From a virus, in the IMG/VR virus record IMGVR_UViG_3300025108_000028, positions 1 to 64,000 of that record: a stretch of DNA of 64,000 nucleotides; one strand, written 5' to 3'. The notes under the pieces were generated by a model. It had not been told where the DNA came from. It saw only the letters and a program-made list of their open reading frames with translations, and searched no databases. A program made the translations under genes and the position numbers. How positions within the stretch are numbered: the first letter of the stretch is position 1; the number at the start of each line of letters is the position of its first letter. Positions 47,451 to 59,264 of the stretch are shown here, in pieces.

Positions 47451-47511
47451 ATTTTATATTGTCTAGATTTTTTTGTATATTATTTATATAGTATTTATAA
47501 ATAAAACAAAA

Positions 47512-48072
47512 ATGGCAAACAGACATATTTTAAGCCTTGAAATACCAACAGTATCTAATTGTAATTTGTTATGTATAAAAGATACAAGTCAGTATTCTGA
47601 GAACCTTGCGGTTGAATGTGAGGAGTTGCTTATTACTTTGCCAGGTTATTCTGTGCCTGTACTTATAAAAGTAGATAAAGATTTTGACATGTGTTTAACT
47701 GCATGTACGCTTGCTTTGCAATCAGAGAATTGTGGTACAGAACAACAAAATATTCCTGACGGTATATACATTATACGGTACAGTGTATCACCAAATTCAA
47801 AAGTGTATGTTGAATATAATCATTTAAGAGTAACAAAATTATTGTCTCAGTATTATGAAGTATTATGTGACTTAGATGTACATCCTTGTCAACCTGATTC
47901 TGATAAAGCTGAACTACTTTCTGAAATGAGTTATATAAGAACAATGATAGATGCTGCAGTTTCAAACGTAGAATACTGTCAATCACCTGCACAAGGAATG
48001 CAGATATATAATTATGCAAAGCAAAGATTAAATAAAATTACATGCCCTAATGGGAATTGTGGTTCAAAATAA
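47512..48072 (+). CDS. Tail/neck structural protein
   Basis: D.S.Y...L.IT.PG...IPDG.Y.I.YSV.P. ATG at 47512 preferred. Confidence 0.55.
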   Translation: MANRHILSLEIPTVSNCNLLCIKDTSQYSENLAVECEELLITLPGYSVPVLIKVDKDFDMCLTACTLALQSENCGTEQQNIPDGIYIIRYSVSPNSKVYVEYNHLRVTKLLSQYYEVLCDLDVHPCQPDSDKAELLSEMSYIRTMIDAAVSNVEYCQSPAQGMQIYNYAKQRLNKITCPNGNCGSK

Positions 48073-48093
48073 TATAACATAAACCAATTAGTT

Positions 48094-48264
48094 ATGAGTA
48101 ACTGTAATATATGTGGAAGAAGATTTACTTGTGGATGTCAAAAGGCATATGATGAAAATGGTGCAGCAGTATGTAAATCATGCAAGCCTGTAAAACAAGC
48201 ATCAACAAATACATTAAGTAGAGAACTTGCACAGCAAAAAATTATGGATTTGAAATCTAAATAA
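48094..48264 (+). CDS. Small Cys-rich zinc-finger protein (56 aa, MSNCNICGRRFTCGCQK...)
   Basis: CxxC..CGCQ...CxxC; TAATG-coupled to the next gene. Confidence 0.65.
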   Translation: MSNCNICGRRFTCGCQKAYDENGAAVCKSCKPVKQASTNTLSRELAQQKIMDLKSK

Positions 48265-48803
48265 TGAGTACTACAAGAGAAATAACAAATGCAAACCAGG
48301 TAAGCAATGTTGCCTTAATGAAAGAAATTAAGATTGAGCAAAATTTTGCTAATCAAGCTTATGCTAATTTTAAGTCAGTTAAGTTTGGTATTGAAGCATG
48401 CTGCTATACAGATTTTGTAAGTGCAACATTAAAAAAAGATATATGTGATTGGCAAAACTCTATAAGTAATAAGCTTGTAGTAGCAACAGAAACACCAGGT
48501 GTATTTGTAGAGCCATTAGCAAAAGTAAATCTTAAAGCTAGTGTAAGTTGTCCAGAAACACCTACCGGTGTTTGTACAATATTAGATTTAGAAGAAATAA
48601 TACAGGATACAGGAACATATACACAATGCTTTGAAAAGGCATCTAGTGTATGGACTGTAACTCATAATTTAGGAAGTTTTCCGTCAGTTACTGTTGTAGA
48701 TAGTGGAAATACAGTAGTAGTGGGAGACGTAGATTATATAAGTTCACAACAATTAAGAATAACATTTGCAGCCTCTTTTTCAGGGTGCGTCTTTTTAAAT
48801 TAA
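48264..48803 (+). CDS. Structural protein with C-terminal 'W.V.HNLG..P.V.V.D' beta domain
   Basis: Motif common at the ends of tail-associated proteins. Confidence 0.6.
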   Translation: MSTTREITNANQVSNVALMKEIKIEQNFANQAYANFKSVKFGIEACCYTDFVSATLKKDICDWQNSISNKLVVATETPGVFVEPLAKVNLKASVSCPETPTGVCTILDLEEIIQDTGTYTQCFEKASSVWTVTHNLGSFPSVTVVDSGNTVVVGDVDYISSQQLRITFAASFSGCVFLN

Positions 48804-48837
48804 ATAACTAAAATAAATAACAAATAAATAAAACAAA

Positions 48838-51243
48838 ATGGCAGTACAATTTTTAACAGGACTAGATGTCCAAGGAAATTTAAATCTGAATGATAATCAA
48901 ATACAAAATGTTATTATTCAGCCTCTTGGCGCTGACCCGTCAGGAATTGCAGGTAAAATCTATTATAACTCTGGTACAAATAAACTAAAATTATATGATG
49001 GTTCTGCCTGGGTAGATATAACAACAGGTGCAGATGGTAATACAACTTATGACTTAACAGCAACAGGATCTGGTAACGGAACTGCAACATTAAATTTAGT
49101 TGCTTCAAATCCAGCTAGTACTGATGCAATAGTATATACAGGTTCAGGTACAACTACAGTAACACGTGCTGGTTCTACATTCACTATTAATTCAGCTGAT
49201 CAATATGTTGGTACAGTTACAGATGTAGTAAAAGGTAAAGGAATTAGTATTACAGGTACCACAACTGTAACACCAACTGTAAGTATTAATTATGTCGGTA
49301 ATGGTAATGCAATCTTAGAGGCTGTTTCACAAAGTCCAAATTCAGAAGACTATTTATGGTTTTCATCTGCAGATGATAAAAATATCTACAAGACTACAAT
49401 TGATAAAATGCCAGGCTTTGGTAAAGATGGAACAGTTACTTCTATAGCGTCTGGAGCTGGTTTAACTGGCGGTCCAATCACTGCATCAGGAACATTAGAA
49501 GTTGATTATGCAGGAACAGATAACGTTGTATTAGCAGCAGGTGATGGAACACTTGTCACTTTAGATGGAGCAGATAAAGTTTTATTTTCTGATGATACAG
49601 ATAGCAATGCTAAATTTGCAAACTTATCTCAAGTAGCAACTTATATTAATGCAGGTGCAGGTTCTGTAACTTCTATAGATGTAAGTGGTGGAACTACTGG
49701 TTTAACAACAAGCGGTGGTCCAATTACAACTAGCGGAACAATTACACTAGCTGGTGTACTAAATGAAGTAAATGGAGGTACAGGATTAAATAAATATATT
49801 AAAGGAGATATATTATTTGCAGATGCTGCAAATTCTTTAGCTAAATTAGCAATTGGTGGAAGCGGGCAAAGACTTGCTGTTTCTTCAACAGGTGTAGTAG
49901 AATGGGTTAATGACTCTGGATCAGGTGTAACAAGTATTGAAATAACTGAAACAGGTAATGCATTAACAATTACAGGTGGACCAATTACTACTTCAGGTAC
50001 AATTAATATTGCTGGAGCAGGTTCATCAAGTCAGGTAATCCTTGGTGATTTAACTTTAGGAACTTACACAACCGGTACAGTAACAAGTGTTGGCACAGGT
50101 GCAGGTCTTAAAGGTGGAACAATAACGGCAACAGGTACAGTTGAAGTTGATTATGGTATAACTGGTCTTATAGAAGATGCTCCACAAATGGCACAAGGAC
50201 CAAAGAAAGATGACTTAATATTAATACAAGATGTATCAAGTGGTAAAGGTGAAACAGTTAAACAACCACTAGCAAAGGTTTCATTATCTTTATTTGAGGC
50301 CCCTTTTGCTGATTTAGACTTTGCATCTTTCAAAGTTACATCTCTAGCAAATGGTACAGGATCAAAAGATGCAGTTAACTTAGGACAAGTACAAGCACTT
50401 GTAGCTGGAGTTGGTGTATTCCAAGGTGGATATGATGCAGCAGCAAACTCACCAGCAATAGCAGGAGCAAGTAACATTGCCCTAACAACTGGAGATTTCT
50501 TTGTTGTTACTAAAGACGGTACTATATCATTTAATGGAAGTACAGTAGACGTAGAGGTTGGAGATACAATTTATGCTAATCAAGCAATTGGTGCAGGTAG
50601 CAATCCTCCTGCTTCAGATTATGCTATTGTTATTCAAGATCAAAACATTGCAGGAGTAGGTGCAACAGATGGGGCAACCGAAAAAGGTGTGGCTGGATTT
50701 AGTAGTGCAACTTTTGCTGGTACAGCAAATGGATTTATTACTGTTAAAGCAGGTGGAATTAGTGATGCACAACTAGCAAGCACATTTAACAAACAGATTG
50801 GTACTAGTACAAATCTTGATACAGCTGATGTAGACGTTGTAGATCAGATTAATGTTACTGATGGTGTTATTACATCAATGAGTAAAAGAACATTACCTAA
50901 TGCTGCAACAGGATCAGTTGGTGTGACAGAGATTGCAACACAAGCTGAAGTTGATGCAGGAACAGATACATTTAGATATGTAACTCCAGCAACATTAGCA
51001 AAAGCTCAAGCAAAAAGATCTTACACAGCTACTGGGCCAGGAATTGTTACAAATAGTTTTGTGATTAAACAATCAGATCATAAATTAGGTAACGGACCTT
51101 GGATCATTCAAACTTATGATCCTAAAGGAGTACAAGTATTTATGCATGTTCTTGCAGATCAAGCTTCAGGAGATATAACATTTAGTGCAACTAATAATTT
51201 AGGTGTAAATACTATTACTGTAGTAATGCAGCTTGTAGGATAA
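48838..51243 (+). CDS. Tail fibre-like protein
   Basis: Repeated GTVTS(I/V)..G.GL.GGPIT.SGT; A.G....DAVN..Q; ATQAEV.AGTD....VTP..L. Confidence 0.75.
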   Translation: MAVQFLTGLDVQGNLNLNDNQIQNVIIQPLGADPSGIAGKIYYNSGTNKLKLYDGSAWVDITTGADGNTTYDLTATGSGNGTATLNLVASNPASTDAIVYTGSGTTTVTRAGSTFTINSADQYVGTVTDVVKGKGISITGTTTVTPTVSINYVGNGNAILEAVSQSPNSEDYLWFSSADDKNIYKTTIDKMPGFGKDGTVTSIASGAGLTGGPITASGTLEVDYAGTDNVVLAAGDGTLVTLDGADKVLFSDDTDSNAKFANLSQVATYINAGAGSVTSIDVSGGTTGLTTSGGPITTSGTITLAGVLNEVNGGTGLNKYIKGDILFADAANSLAKLAIGGSGQRLAVSSTGVVEWVNDSGSGVTSIEITETGNALTITGGPITTSGTINIAGAGSSSQVILGDLTLGTYTTGTVTSVGTGAGLKGGTITATGTVEVDYGITGLIEDAPQMAQGPKKDDLILIQDVSSGKGETVKQPLAKVSLSLFEAPFADLDFASFKVTSLANGTGSKDAVNLGQVQALVAGVGVFQGGYDAAANSPAIAGASNIALTTGDFFVVTKDGTISFNGSTVDVEVGDTIYANQAIGAGSNPPASDYAIVIQDQNIAGVGATDGATEKGVAGFSSATFAGTANGFITVKAGGISDAQLASTFNKQIGTSTNLDTADVDVVDQINVTDGVITSMSKRTLPNAATGSVGVTEIATQAEVDAGTDTFRYVTPATLAKAQAKRSYTATGPGIVTNSFVIKQSDHKLGNGPWIIQTYDPKGVQVFMHVLADQASGDITFSATNNLGVNTITVVMQLVG

Positions 51244-51258
51244 TAAAGAGTAGAATTT

Positions 51259-51305
51259 AAAGGGGAAGCATTTAAATCTAGAATTTAGTGTTTCCCCTTT
51301 TTTTT
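51259..51305 (+). terminator. Intrinsic terminator
   Basis: AAAGGGGAAGCA...TGTTTCCCCTTTTTTTT. Confidence 0.75.
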
Positions 51306-51340
51306 AAAATATGTATATTGCAAACAAAGAATAAAATGTC

Positions 51341-52927
51341 ATGGCTATAAGTTTTTTATCTTCAATAGAAATAAACGGATCATCCACTGTTACTAGTATA
51401 GCGAATGATAACAGTTCATACACTGGTATATTAGTATGGGATGGTGCAGCATTGAAGTATAGAACCAAAGCACAGCTTTTATCAGATATTGGTGCGGGTT
51501 CAGGATCAGGTACTGTAACTTCAGTTACTGTTACAGGTTCTAATGGTTTATCTGGTACAGGAACAATTACATCAAGTGGAACAATAACCTTATCAAATAG
51601 TGATAGAGGTTCAGCTCAAAACATATTTAAAAATATTGCAGCAGCTGGTCAATCTAATATTGTTGCAGATAACAACAATGATACACTTACATTTAAAGCA
51701 GGTAGTAATATTACAATAAAAACTGACACAAGTACAGATACTATTGAGATTATTGCTAAAGATACAACAACAAACTATTATTTAAGCTCTGCATCTTTTA
51801 ATACAGGTAATGGAGTATTAACACTTAATAGATCTGGACTCAGTGCAGTAACAGTTGACCTTGACGGAAGATATGCTACAAGCTCTGGTGTTACTTCTAT
51901 AGCTACTACAAATGGTATTACTGGTGGTACAATAACCTCAACGGGTACAATTCAACTAGATAGCACTGTTATAAGAACTACAGGTAATCAAACTAAAGCA
52001 GGAAACTTAACATTAAGCAATTCATTAACTGTAACAAGTGATATACTTGGTGATGATTTAAGATGTAGATCAGGACAACAACTTGTTCTTAACGCAGGTG
52101 AATCACATAATTACCCTACTGGCCAAACAAATGAGTTTGTTTATATAAATGCTGAATCAGGATTGCAGATAAACTCTTCTCCTGATAATTGGAATAGTGG
52201 ATGGGCAGGAAGAAAAACAACAACAATAAATGATACAAGTGGTAATTCTACTTTTGCTAATGATATAACAGTATCAGGTGGTGATATTACTCTTGGTGGT
52301 ACAGGAAGAATACAAGGAGTAGATACAGTTTCATCTGGTACAGATGCAACAAGTAAAACATATGTAGATAATGCTATAAGCAATCATAGACCTTCAGCAC
52401 CAGGTGCTCCAGGTAATGTATCAGCTTCTGTAGTTGGCCAAACAATAGAAGTTGTATTTGGTAAATCAACAACAAATAATATAGATTACTATCAAGTTTG
52501 GTCATCAGATGATGGTGCAGACTTTGGTATTATAGGTCAAGTACCAGTAGATGATTTTTCTGGTACAATGACAATTGTAGACACTACATTTAATACTAGT
52601 GGTACAATGTCATACAGAGTATATGCTGTTAAAGAGGGTATATATTCAAGTCCTACTTTAGTAAGTCAAGCATTTACTGCAGGTGCACTGTCTGTTATTA
52701 ATATGTCAGTGATACAGTTGCCATCTGCATATTATGTTCAATATGATTTGCCCTTATCAAGGTTTATAGATCATATAGAAATATATATGGATTCAGCAGC
52801 AACTCAAGGTGCACTATCAAGATCTAATGCATCTTTAGTTTATAGTGGAATGAATTCAACTTATATGCATGCTGTAGGAGCAAATAGAAATTTTCACCAG
52901 TTTTGGGTAGAAGTAATAACAACATAA
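51341..52927 (+). CDS. Tail fibre-like protein with C-terminal FN3-like domain
   Basis: GTVTSV repeats, DATSKTYVD and P.AP.NV.AS...Y.V...YRVYAV..G.YS. Confidence 0.7.
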   Translation: MAISFLSSIEINGSSTVTSIANDNSSYTGILVWDGAALKYRTKAQLLSDIGAGSGSGTVTSVTVTGSNGLSGTGTITSSGTITLSNSDRGSAQNIFKNIAAAGQSNIVADNNNDTLTFKAGSNITIKTDTSTDTIEIIAKDTTTNYYLSSASFNTGNGVLTLNRSGLSAVTVDLDGRYATSSGVTSIATTNGITGGTITSTGTIQLDSTVIRTTGNQTKAGNLTLSNSLTVTSDILGDDLRCRSGQQLVLNAGESHNYPTGQTNEFVYINAESGLQINSSPDNWNSGWAGRKTTTINDTSGNSTFANDITVSGGDITLGGTGRIQGVDTVSSGTDATSKTYVDNAISNHRPSAPGAPGNVSASVVGQTIEVVFGKSTTNNIDYYQVWSSDDGADFGIIGQVPVDDFSGTMTIVDTTFNTSGTMSYRVYAVKEGIYSSPTLVSQAFTAGALSVINMSVIQLPSAYYVQYDLPLSRFIDHIEIYMDSAATQGALSRSNASLVYSGMNSTYMHAVGANRNFHQFWVEVITT

Positions 52928-52928
52928 G

Positions 52929-53111
52929 ATGCCAGAAAGAGGAACTGAAATAACAGATGACAGACAATATTGGTTAGATTGTCTAGCTGAATTTGAAGAA
53001 GCATTGGCTGAAGAGTTAAACATGGTAAATGTAGCTCCAGCAGGTTCTAATGATAGTATGATTAAAATGTTACAATTTGAAATACAAGAATGTTTAAAGC
53101 AACTAACGTAA
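52929..53111 (+). CDS. Small acidic helical protein
   Basis: Directly after the fibre gene; its 3' end overlaps the next ORF at a slippery heptamer. Confidence 0.6.
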   Translation: MPERGTEITDDRQYWLDCLAEFEEALAEELNMVNVAPAGSNDSMIKMLQFEIQECLKQLT

Positions 53112-54835
53112 GTAAAAGTGATATAAAATCCATTGTAGGATGTGCCTCTAATAATTATAGTGGGCAAGTAGCTATTGTACCTGTAACTAAAAGAGGTATG
53201 AGTAATACTACTGTGTCTTCAGGTAGTGGTGAATATGATGGTGGTGATAGAGTAATAGGTTATACAACAGCTTATGAAATAGATGGTGATTTGCTTTTTA
53301 CAGTTGGTTGGGGAGATGGATTTGCTGTACGTAGATTAAATGATGATGGTACAATGACAAGGCTATTTTTTGATTCTAATTTCTTATGGAGAGATAGTGG
53401 TAGTACATATAATCATTTACAATCTATTTGTATTGATAAAGAAAATAAGAAAGGTGTAGTTATGACTTATAATGTTAATGGCTATACTACATTTGACTAC
53501 AGTGGTCTTATGAATGGAGGATCAACCTTTGTTAAAGATCCAAGACCAACACACAGTAATCCTCAAATATATATAGGATCACAAGATACTGGTGGAGGTT
53601 ATGTAGAAAGCACAGGTCTATATTATGTAGGAGGCTTGTGTGCAGCAGGAGAATGGGCATATGCAAGTGACTATGATGCAAGACATTATAAAAGATGTAT
53701 GCGTAGAAACATGAAAACTGGTGTTGAAGAAAGATTATATATGGATGCCACAGCAGGAAATATAATGTTTGAAGGCTCCGAACCTGTAGATAGAAATGGA
53801 TACAGAGGTTGGATTATGTATGATGAAATTAATGACAGAATATTATATGCTTATTATCATAATGCTAACTTTTCTCTAATATTAGATGCATCTACAGCCA
53901 AACCTAAATCAGTTTATGTAGATATGGGAGATATAGGTCAGGGAGATGATGGTTATGAACAAGGATGGTTTATACCCGATCCAATAAATGAACCTAATAT
54001 ATTTTGGGTTGGTGCATCTGGTAGACATACTAAACTTGATGTGACTCCATGTCTTACTGGTAATAAAGCCACTGTTTTGCAAATTACATATGAAGGTTCT
54101 ACTAATCCAGGTAATAACTATGGTATTTTATTTAGAGCTGGAGTAAAGTATCAAGATGCTCAAGGTGGTAAACCAACTGATAGAATGGTAGGTCATCCTA
54201 ATTTTATTCCTACTGCAGCAGATAGAGGTGGAGCTATGATACCAGGATTCTTAGATCAAGATAATGATAGATATGTTGCTTTACGTAGACATGATACAGT
54301 TGTTGAAGATACCAGTACAGGTGGAAGAGGAAGATCTTATAGAACTGATTATGGATGTAACATTACTAGAATGTATTCTACAGGCGGTGTAGAATGGTGG
54401 ATTCAGATGGGTTATGGATATGATGGACATGGTTTTAGAATATGGGATGCAAAATATGCTAATCATTTTATACCTAATTGGGAAATAGTATATGGACCTT
54501 ATATATTAGATAACTCAGCTTCTGTTGATTTTGTTTTTTGGAATAGAGTAGATTATTTTATTCCTAATGGTTGTACATTGGGTTATTATGTGTCTAATGA
54601 TGATGGAGCAACATGGGAAGTATATTCCGGTACTGATACTGGAGAACATACGTTTTCAAAACCAGGAAATAAACTTTTGTTAAAAGTATCTGCATCAGGT
54701 GATGTATCTAAAAATGCATACAAGATGAGTGATTCAGAAGATTTTATGATGTGTGGAACTAAGTATGCATCAGAAATGGATCCTGCTATTAAACAAAAAA
54801 TGACTAAGTTTAAATTAAGAGGAAAAAAGAAATAA
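53090..54835 (+). CDS. Beta-rich (propeller-like) tail-associated/receptor-binding protein
   Basis: Y/W/G/D-rich; [12 protein letters not shown] (Asp-box-like) near the C-terminus. Confidence 0.55.
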   Translation: MFKATNVSKSDIKSIVGCASNNYSGQVAIVPVTKRGMSNTTVSSGSGEYDGGDRVIGYTTAYEIDGDLLFTVGWGDGFAVRRLNDDGTMTRLFFDSNFLWRDSGSTYNHLQSICIDKENKKGVVMTYNVNGYTTFDYSGLMNGGSTFVKDPRPTHSNPQIYIGSQDTGGGYVESTGLYYVGGLCAAGEWAYASDYDARHYKRCMRRNMKTGVEERLYMDATAGNIMFEGSEPVDRNGYRGWIMYDEINDRILYAYYHNANFSLILDASTAKPKSVYVDMGDIGQGDDGYEQGWFIPDPINEPNIFWVGASGRHTKLDVTPCLTGNKATVLQITYEGSTNPGNNYGILFRAGVKYQDAQGGKPTDRMVGHPNFIPTAADRGGAMIPGFLDQDNDRYVALRRHDTVVEDTSTGGRGRSYRTDYGCNITRMYSTGGVEWWIQMGYGYDGHGFRIWDAKYANHFIPNWEIVYGPYILDNSASVDFVFWNRVDYFIPNGCTLGYYVSNDDGATWEVYSGTDTGEHTFSKPGNKLLLKVSASGDVSKNAYKMSDSEDFMMCGTKYASEMDPAIKQKMTKFKLRGKKK

Positions 54836-54836
54836 T

Positions 54837-57800
54837 ATGGCAACAATAACTGGCTCACAAAGATTATTATCTTTAGAAGGTAACACTGTAGATACTACTG
54901 TTTCTTTAGGGGCAGGTGGTAGACTATTGGATAGTAATGGATCTGCTGGTACTAATGGTCAGATTCTTAGTACTACAGGATCAGGTGTACAATGGGTTAA
55001 TGACAAGACAGGTTCAAATAACTATGTATCAGGTATTAGCTTTAATACAACAAATGGAGTTCTAACATTAACACGTTCAGGTCTAGGAGATCTTACAGTA
55101 GATTTAGATGGTAGATATTTAACCTCTGCATCAAACTTTTATCTTGATGGTATAACTAAATCAGGTAACACACTTACGTTTAGCGTTAGTGGTACTACAA
55201 ATCAAACATATACATTTGGTAAAAATGCATTTAGTAGCTCTACTATTTATGCTGAGCCAGGTATATTTAGTGGTGGTGGTACACCAACTTTAGCTTCCGG
55301 TGTAACTGGAGCAGAAGTAAGGACATTAATTGGAGCTGGAACTGGTTCAGGATCTATGAGCTCTTGGACAATAAAAGAAGGTAATGGTACTGAATCAACT
55401 TCTGTTACTAATGGAGAGACTTTTACTATTGCTCAAGGTACCGGTATTACATCTGAGATGACATCAACAAGTAGTGGTGGAACTATAACTATTACTAATA
55501 CATTACCAGATACCGGTAGACCTGCAATATTATCTAATGGTTCAACCCCTTCTTTAAATTCAGGGATAAGTGCCGCAGAGGTAAGATCTCTTATAGGGGC
55601 AGGAACTGGAAGTGGTAGTTCTAACTTGGTTATTGGTACAACATCAACAACTGCAATGGCAGGTAATACAACAACTATTACTTCTGCACAAGCAACTGCT
55701 ATTGTAAATAACAGTAAGAAAGTATCAGATACTGGAGTACCGGCAGTTTTGTCTAATGGAACTACTCCATCATTAAACTCAGGTATATCTGCTGCTGAAA
55801 TGAGAAGTCTTATTGGAGCAGGTACAGGTAATGGATCATCCAATTTAGTAATTGGAACTACTTCTACAACAGCTAAAGCAGGTAATATAACTACTATAAC
55901 AGGTGCTCAAGCATCTGCTATAACTGCAAATACTGCTAAAGTTACAGATTCAGGAACACCAGCAATACTTTCAAATGGAAGCGCACCAAGTCTTAATTCA
56001 GGAATCAGTGCTGCAGAAGTTAGAACATTGATTGGTGCAGGGACTTCAAGTAGTGCGGGAGTTACAAGCGTTAGTGGTACTGCAAATAGAATTTCTGTTA
56101 CAGCAGGTGCCACACCTACGGTAAATGCAATTACAGGTACAGTAACTTCTTCTTCTGCTAAATTAGCAACAGGAGCACAAATACAAACAGCTATTAATTC
56201 AGCTGTAACAGGAGTATTAAAATATAAAGGAACTTGGAATGCAGCCACCAATTCCCCACAACTTCAAAGTCAAAAAGGTACTGTAGGTGAATACTATATT
56301 GTATCTACAGCAGGTAATACAAATTTAGATGGTATTACAGACTGGGCAGTAGGTGACTGGGCAGTATTCTCTGATCAAGCTACAGATGCTTGGCAAAAAA
56401 TAGATAACACACAAGTTGGTAATGTAACAGGTTCTGGGGTAAGTAAAAGACTTGCATTTTGGGATAGTGCATCAAACATTTCAAGTAATAGTGGTTTTAC
56501 AGTTAATACAGCATCTAAATCTTTAAATGTTAGTGGTCCAATAGTTTGGGATGGAGGTGGATCAACAGAATCTAATAGTGCTTATGATAATATGATTACT
56601 GGCTTTAGTGATTCAGGATCAGGTACTATAACATTAACACTTACACAACAAGATGGTGGTACTTTAACTACATCATTTAGTAATCCACAAGGTACTATGT
56701 CTTCTTGGACTATTAAAGAAGGTAATGGAACAGAAAGCACGGCTGTTACAAATGGTGAAACATTAACAATAGCACAAGGTAGTGGTATACAATCAGAAAT
56801 GACTTCTACATCTAGTGGAGGTACTATTACTATTACCAATACAGATAGAGGTTCTTCTCAATCTATATTTAAAAACGTAAGTAATAAATCAGGAACTATT
56901 GTTGCTAAAAGCAACAATGATACCTTAAATATTTTAGGTTGTAAAGGAACAAACGTAGAGATTAATGAAGAAGAACGTACTGTTATTATTTGTGCAGATC
57001 AACAAACTCTTTCTGTATCAGGTCAAACACTTACAATTTCTGATGGTAACTCTGTAACAATGCCAACTAACACAGGACCTCAAGGTCCCAAAGGAGACAC
57101 CGGGTCTCAGGGGCCACAGGGTGGTAAAGGTGATAAAGGAGATACAGGATCACAGGGTATACAAGGAATACGTGGATTAACTGGAGCAGCAGGTGCAAAA
57201 GGTGACACAGGTGATGCAGGAGCTACCGGAGCAAGAGGACCGGCAGGAACAAACGGTACAAATGGAGCAAAAGGAGATACTGGAGATAGAGGTCCTCAAG
57301 GTACACAAGGTATACAAGGTAATCCTGGAACTGCAGGAGCCAAGGGAGATACGGGAGCAAGAGGTCCCGCAGGTGCAGCTGGTGCAGCCGGGGCAAAGGG
57401 AGATACTGGTGCTCAAGGACCAAAAGGTGATACTGGTTCACAAGGTCCAGCAGGACCTAATGGTGGAACATATCACTATACTAATTCAGGTGATAACCCA
57501 AGTAAATATAGATTCTGGGGTACTTCATCTACTTATGGTATAGGAATGCAATCTGGTCAAAGTTATGGTTATTTAAATGACTATGCTACAGTATTCCAGA
57601 TGAACAATGATGCAGACCGTGGTTGGGTTTGGAAATATGAAGGACAGTCAAATAGTGACGGTGCAATGTCATTAACAACTTCTGGTAATTTAAGACTTAA
57701 AGGAGTTTCTGATGTAGGATATGTTAGAATTAATGGTGCAGATGTAATTAATGAAAAAGGAGATTGGGTAGGTAATCCAACAGGTTTGACAGGACCAAAG

Positions 57801-58340
57801 GGAGATACAGGATCTACCGGTCCAAGAGGAATACAAGGTGTTACTGGATCTCAGGGACCTGCCGGAGCTAAAGGAGATACAGGTTCAAGAGGGCCTGCTG
57901 GAACTAATGGAACTAATGGAACCGATGGTGCTAAGGGAGACACCGGATCAACAGGACCTAGAGGTGCAACCGGACCAGCTGGATCTACAGGTAGTCAAGG
58001 CCCGCAAGGTCCACAAGGTGATAAAGGACCAACTGGTAGTCAAGGACCAACTGGCGCTAGAGGACCTACCGGTAATACTGGAGCAACAGGAAGTCAAGGA
58101 CCACAGGGAATACAAGGCCCTGCTGGATCAAAAGGAGCAACTGGATCAACAGGTCCACAGGGACCAGAGGGACCAGCCGGAAAAGATGGTGCAAGTTTTC
58201 CAGTCAATCTTGATGGTAAAACAAGTGCAATTAACAGAATGGACTTTTTTGTTGAAGGCCAAAAATTCCCTGTTATGATAATAACATTAGAAGATGGAAC
58301 ACAACTTTGTTTTAATGCAGGTGATTGTCCTAGATTTTAA
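54837..58340 (+). CDS. Modular tail fibre with internal repeats and two collagen (Gly-X-Y) tracts
   Basis: Repeats of PA(I/V)[15 protein letters not shown](V/M)R.LIGAGT; two copies of [15 protein letters not shown]; Gly-X-Y tracts at about 57075-57460 and 57780-58190. Confidence 0.85.
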   Translation: MATITGSQRLLSLEGNTVDTTVSLGAGGRLLDSNGSAGTNGQILSTTGSGVQWVNDKTGSNNYVSGISFNTTNGVLTLTRSGLGDLTVDLDGRYLTSASNFYLDGITKSGNTLTFSVSGTTNQTYTFGKNAFSSSTIYAEPGIFSGGGTPTLASGVTGAEVRTLIGAGTGSGSMSSWTIKEGNGTESTSVTNGETFTIAQGTGITSEMTSTSSGGTITITNTLPDTGRPAILSNGSTPSLNSGISAAEVRSLIGAGTGSGSSNLVIGTTSTTAMAGNTTTITSAQATAIVNNSKKVSDTGVPAVLSNGTTPSLNSGISAAEMRSLIGAGTGNGSSNLVIGTTSTTAKAGNITTITGAQASAITANTAKVTDSGTPAILSNGSAPSLNSGISAAEVRTLIGAGTSSSAGVTSVSGTANRISVTAGATPTVNAITGTVTSSSAKLATGAQIQTAINSAVTGVLKYKGTWNAATNSPQLQSQKGTVGEYYIVSTAGNTNLDGITDWAVGDWAVFSDQATDAWQKIDNTQVGNVTGSGVSKRLAFWDSASNISSNSGFTVNTASKSLNVSGPIVWDGGGSTESNSAYDNMITGFSDSGSGTITLTLTQQDGGTLTTSFSNPQGTMSSWTIKEGNGTESTAVTNGETLTIAQGSGIQSEMTSTSSGGTITITNTDRGSSQSIFKNVSNKSGTIVAKSNNDTLNILGCKGTNVEINEEERTVIICADQQTLSVSGQTLTISDGNSVTMPTNTGPQGPKGDTGSQGPQGGKGDKGDTGSQGIQGIRGLTGAAGAKGDTGDAGATGARGPAGTNGTNGAKGDTGDRGPQGTQGIQGNPGTAGAKGDTGARGPAGAAGAAGAKGDTGAQGPKGDTGSQGPAGPNGGTYHYTNSGDNPSKYRFWGTSSTYGIGMQSGQSYGYLNDYATVFQMNNDADRGWVWKYEGQSNSDGAMSLTTSGNLRLKGVSDVGYVRINGADVINEKGDWVGNPTGLTGPKGDTGSTGPRGIQGVTGSQGPAGAKGDTGSRGPAGTNGTNGTDGAKGDTGSTGPRGATGPAGSTGSQGPQGPQGDKGPTGSQGPTGARGPTGNTGATGSQGPQGIQGPAGSKGATGSTGPQGPEGPAGKDGASFPVNLDGKTSAINRMDFFVEGQKFPVMIITLEDGTQLCFNAGDCPRF

Positions 58341-58357
58341 TACTTAAACTAACTATT

Positions 58358-58825
58358 ATGGCAAAAAAGAAAAAAGTATCAACTAAGAAAAAGGTATCAA
58401 CTAAGAAAGCAATTAAAAAACCTACTAAGAAAAAGGTAGTAAAAAAGAAAGTTGTTAAAAAAGTAGAGGTGCCTGTAGTTAAAGAGCAGTTATCCCAAAG
58501 ATTTTATTTTGATATTGAGTCTTTAGTTACAGATGGTAATTCTTTAATAAAAGAAATACTATTTACTTACACAGGTTCATTAGTAATACCTAAATCATTA
58601 AAATCATCATATGAAAAGAAAAGTGTTACTGTACATGGATCATACATTGTAAAAGATGGTGATGAAGGAATTGTTACAACACAAGATTATAAATCATTAT
58701 CTAAAAATGATGTAAAAGTATTTTTAGTAAAGTATTTACGGGATGATTATATAACAGGAATGCAGAACATAATTAAGAAAGATTTATTACCAGACACAAA
58801 TTTAGTTGTTGATCTTCCTTGGTAG
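58358..58825 (+). CDS. Hypothetical protein with Lys-rich repetitive N-terminus
   Basis: KKKVSTKKKVSTKKAIKKPTKKKVVKKKVVKK. Confidence 0.65.
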   Translation: MAKKKKVSTKKKVSTKKAIKKPTKKKVVKKKVVKKVEVPVVKEQLSQRFYFDIESLVTDGNSLIKEILFTYTGSLVIPKSLKSSYEKKSVTVHGSYIVKDGDEGIVTTQDYKSLSKNDVKVFLVKYLRDDYITGMQNIIKKDLLPDTNLVVDLPW

Positions 58826-58880
58826 TTTAGAAAATATTATTATCTTTGAAGAGTATACAAACTTTTAAAAACCAATTATA

Positions 58881-59135
58881 ATGGCAAAATCAAAAAAAGC
58901 AAAAAAAATTTCTGCAAAGGAATTAGAAGAAGTAAAAGTAAAGCAGAATGAAATCAATACTTTATTGATGAACATAGGTAATGCTGAACTTGTAAAAAAT
59001 CAACTTGTATCTAGACATACTGAACTTCAAGCAGAATGGAAAGATATGAGTGTAGCTTTAGAAGAAAAGTATGGATCTGTAAACATTAGTTTAGAAGATG
59101 GTACTATTAGTGACATAGAAGAAGAAAAAGCTTAG
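58881..59135 (+). CDS. Small coiled-coil protein
   Basis: L.EKYG.VNI.L.DG.I motif; preceded by TATCTTTG at 58841-58848. Confidence 0.7.
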   Translation: MAKSKKAKKISAKELEEVKVKQNEINTLLMNIGNAELVKNQLVSRHTELQAEWKDMSVALEEKYGSVNISLEDGTISDIEEEKA

Positions 59136-59160
59136 ACTTACTTTACATATTTACTTAAAC

Positions 59161-59205
59161 AAAATTTTAAAACCAGGCATTAGTTGTTTGGTTTTAAAAT
59201 TTTTT
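59161..59205. terminator. Long inverted repeat (terminator-like)
   Basis: AAAATTTTAAAACCAGGCA-loop-TGTTTGGTTTTAAAATTTTT. Confidence 0.55.
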
Positions 59206-59264
59206 GTATATTATTATTGTATAGTTTACAAGCAAACATTACAATATAATAAAATTAAGTATCT

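Noticed and set aside
57177-58278. Alternative-frame ORFs (57193-57543, 57838-58278, 57177-57416, 57223-57441)
   Set aside because: By-products of the Gly-X-Y codon periodicity of the collagen tracts.
54837-58340. Diversity-generating retroelement TR/VR pair in the fibre repeats
   Set aside because: Repeat differences are mostly synonymous and not adenine-specific; no reverse transcriptase in the window.
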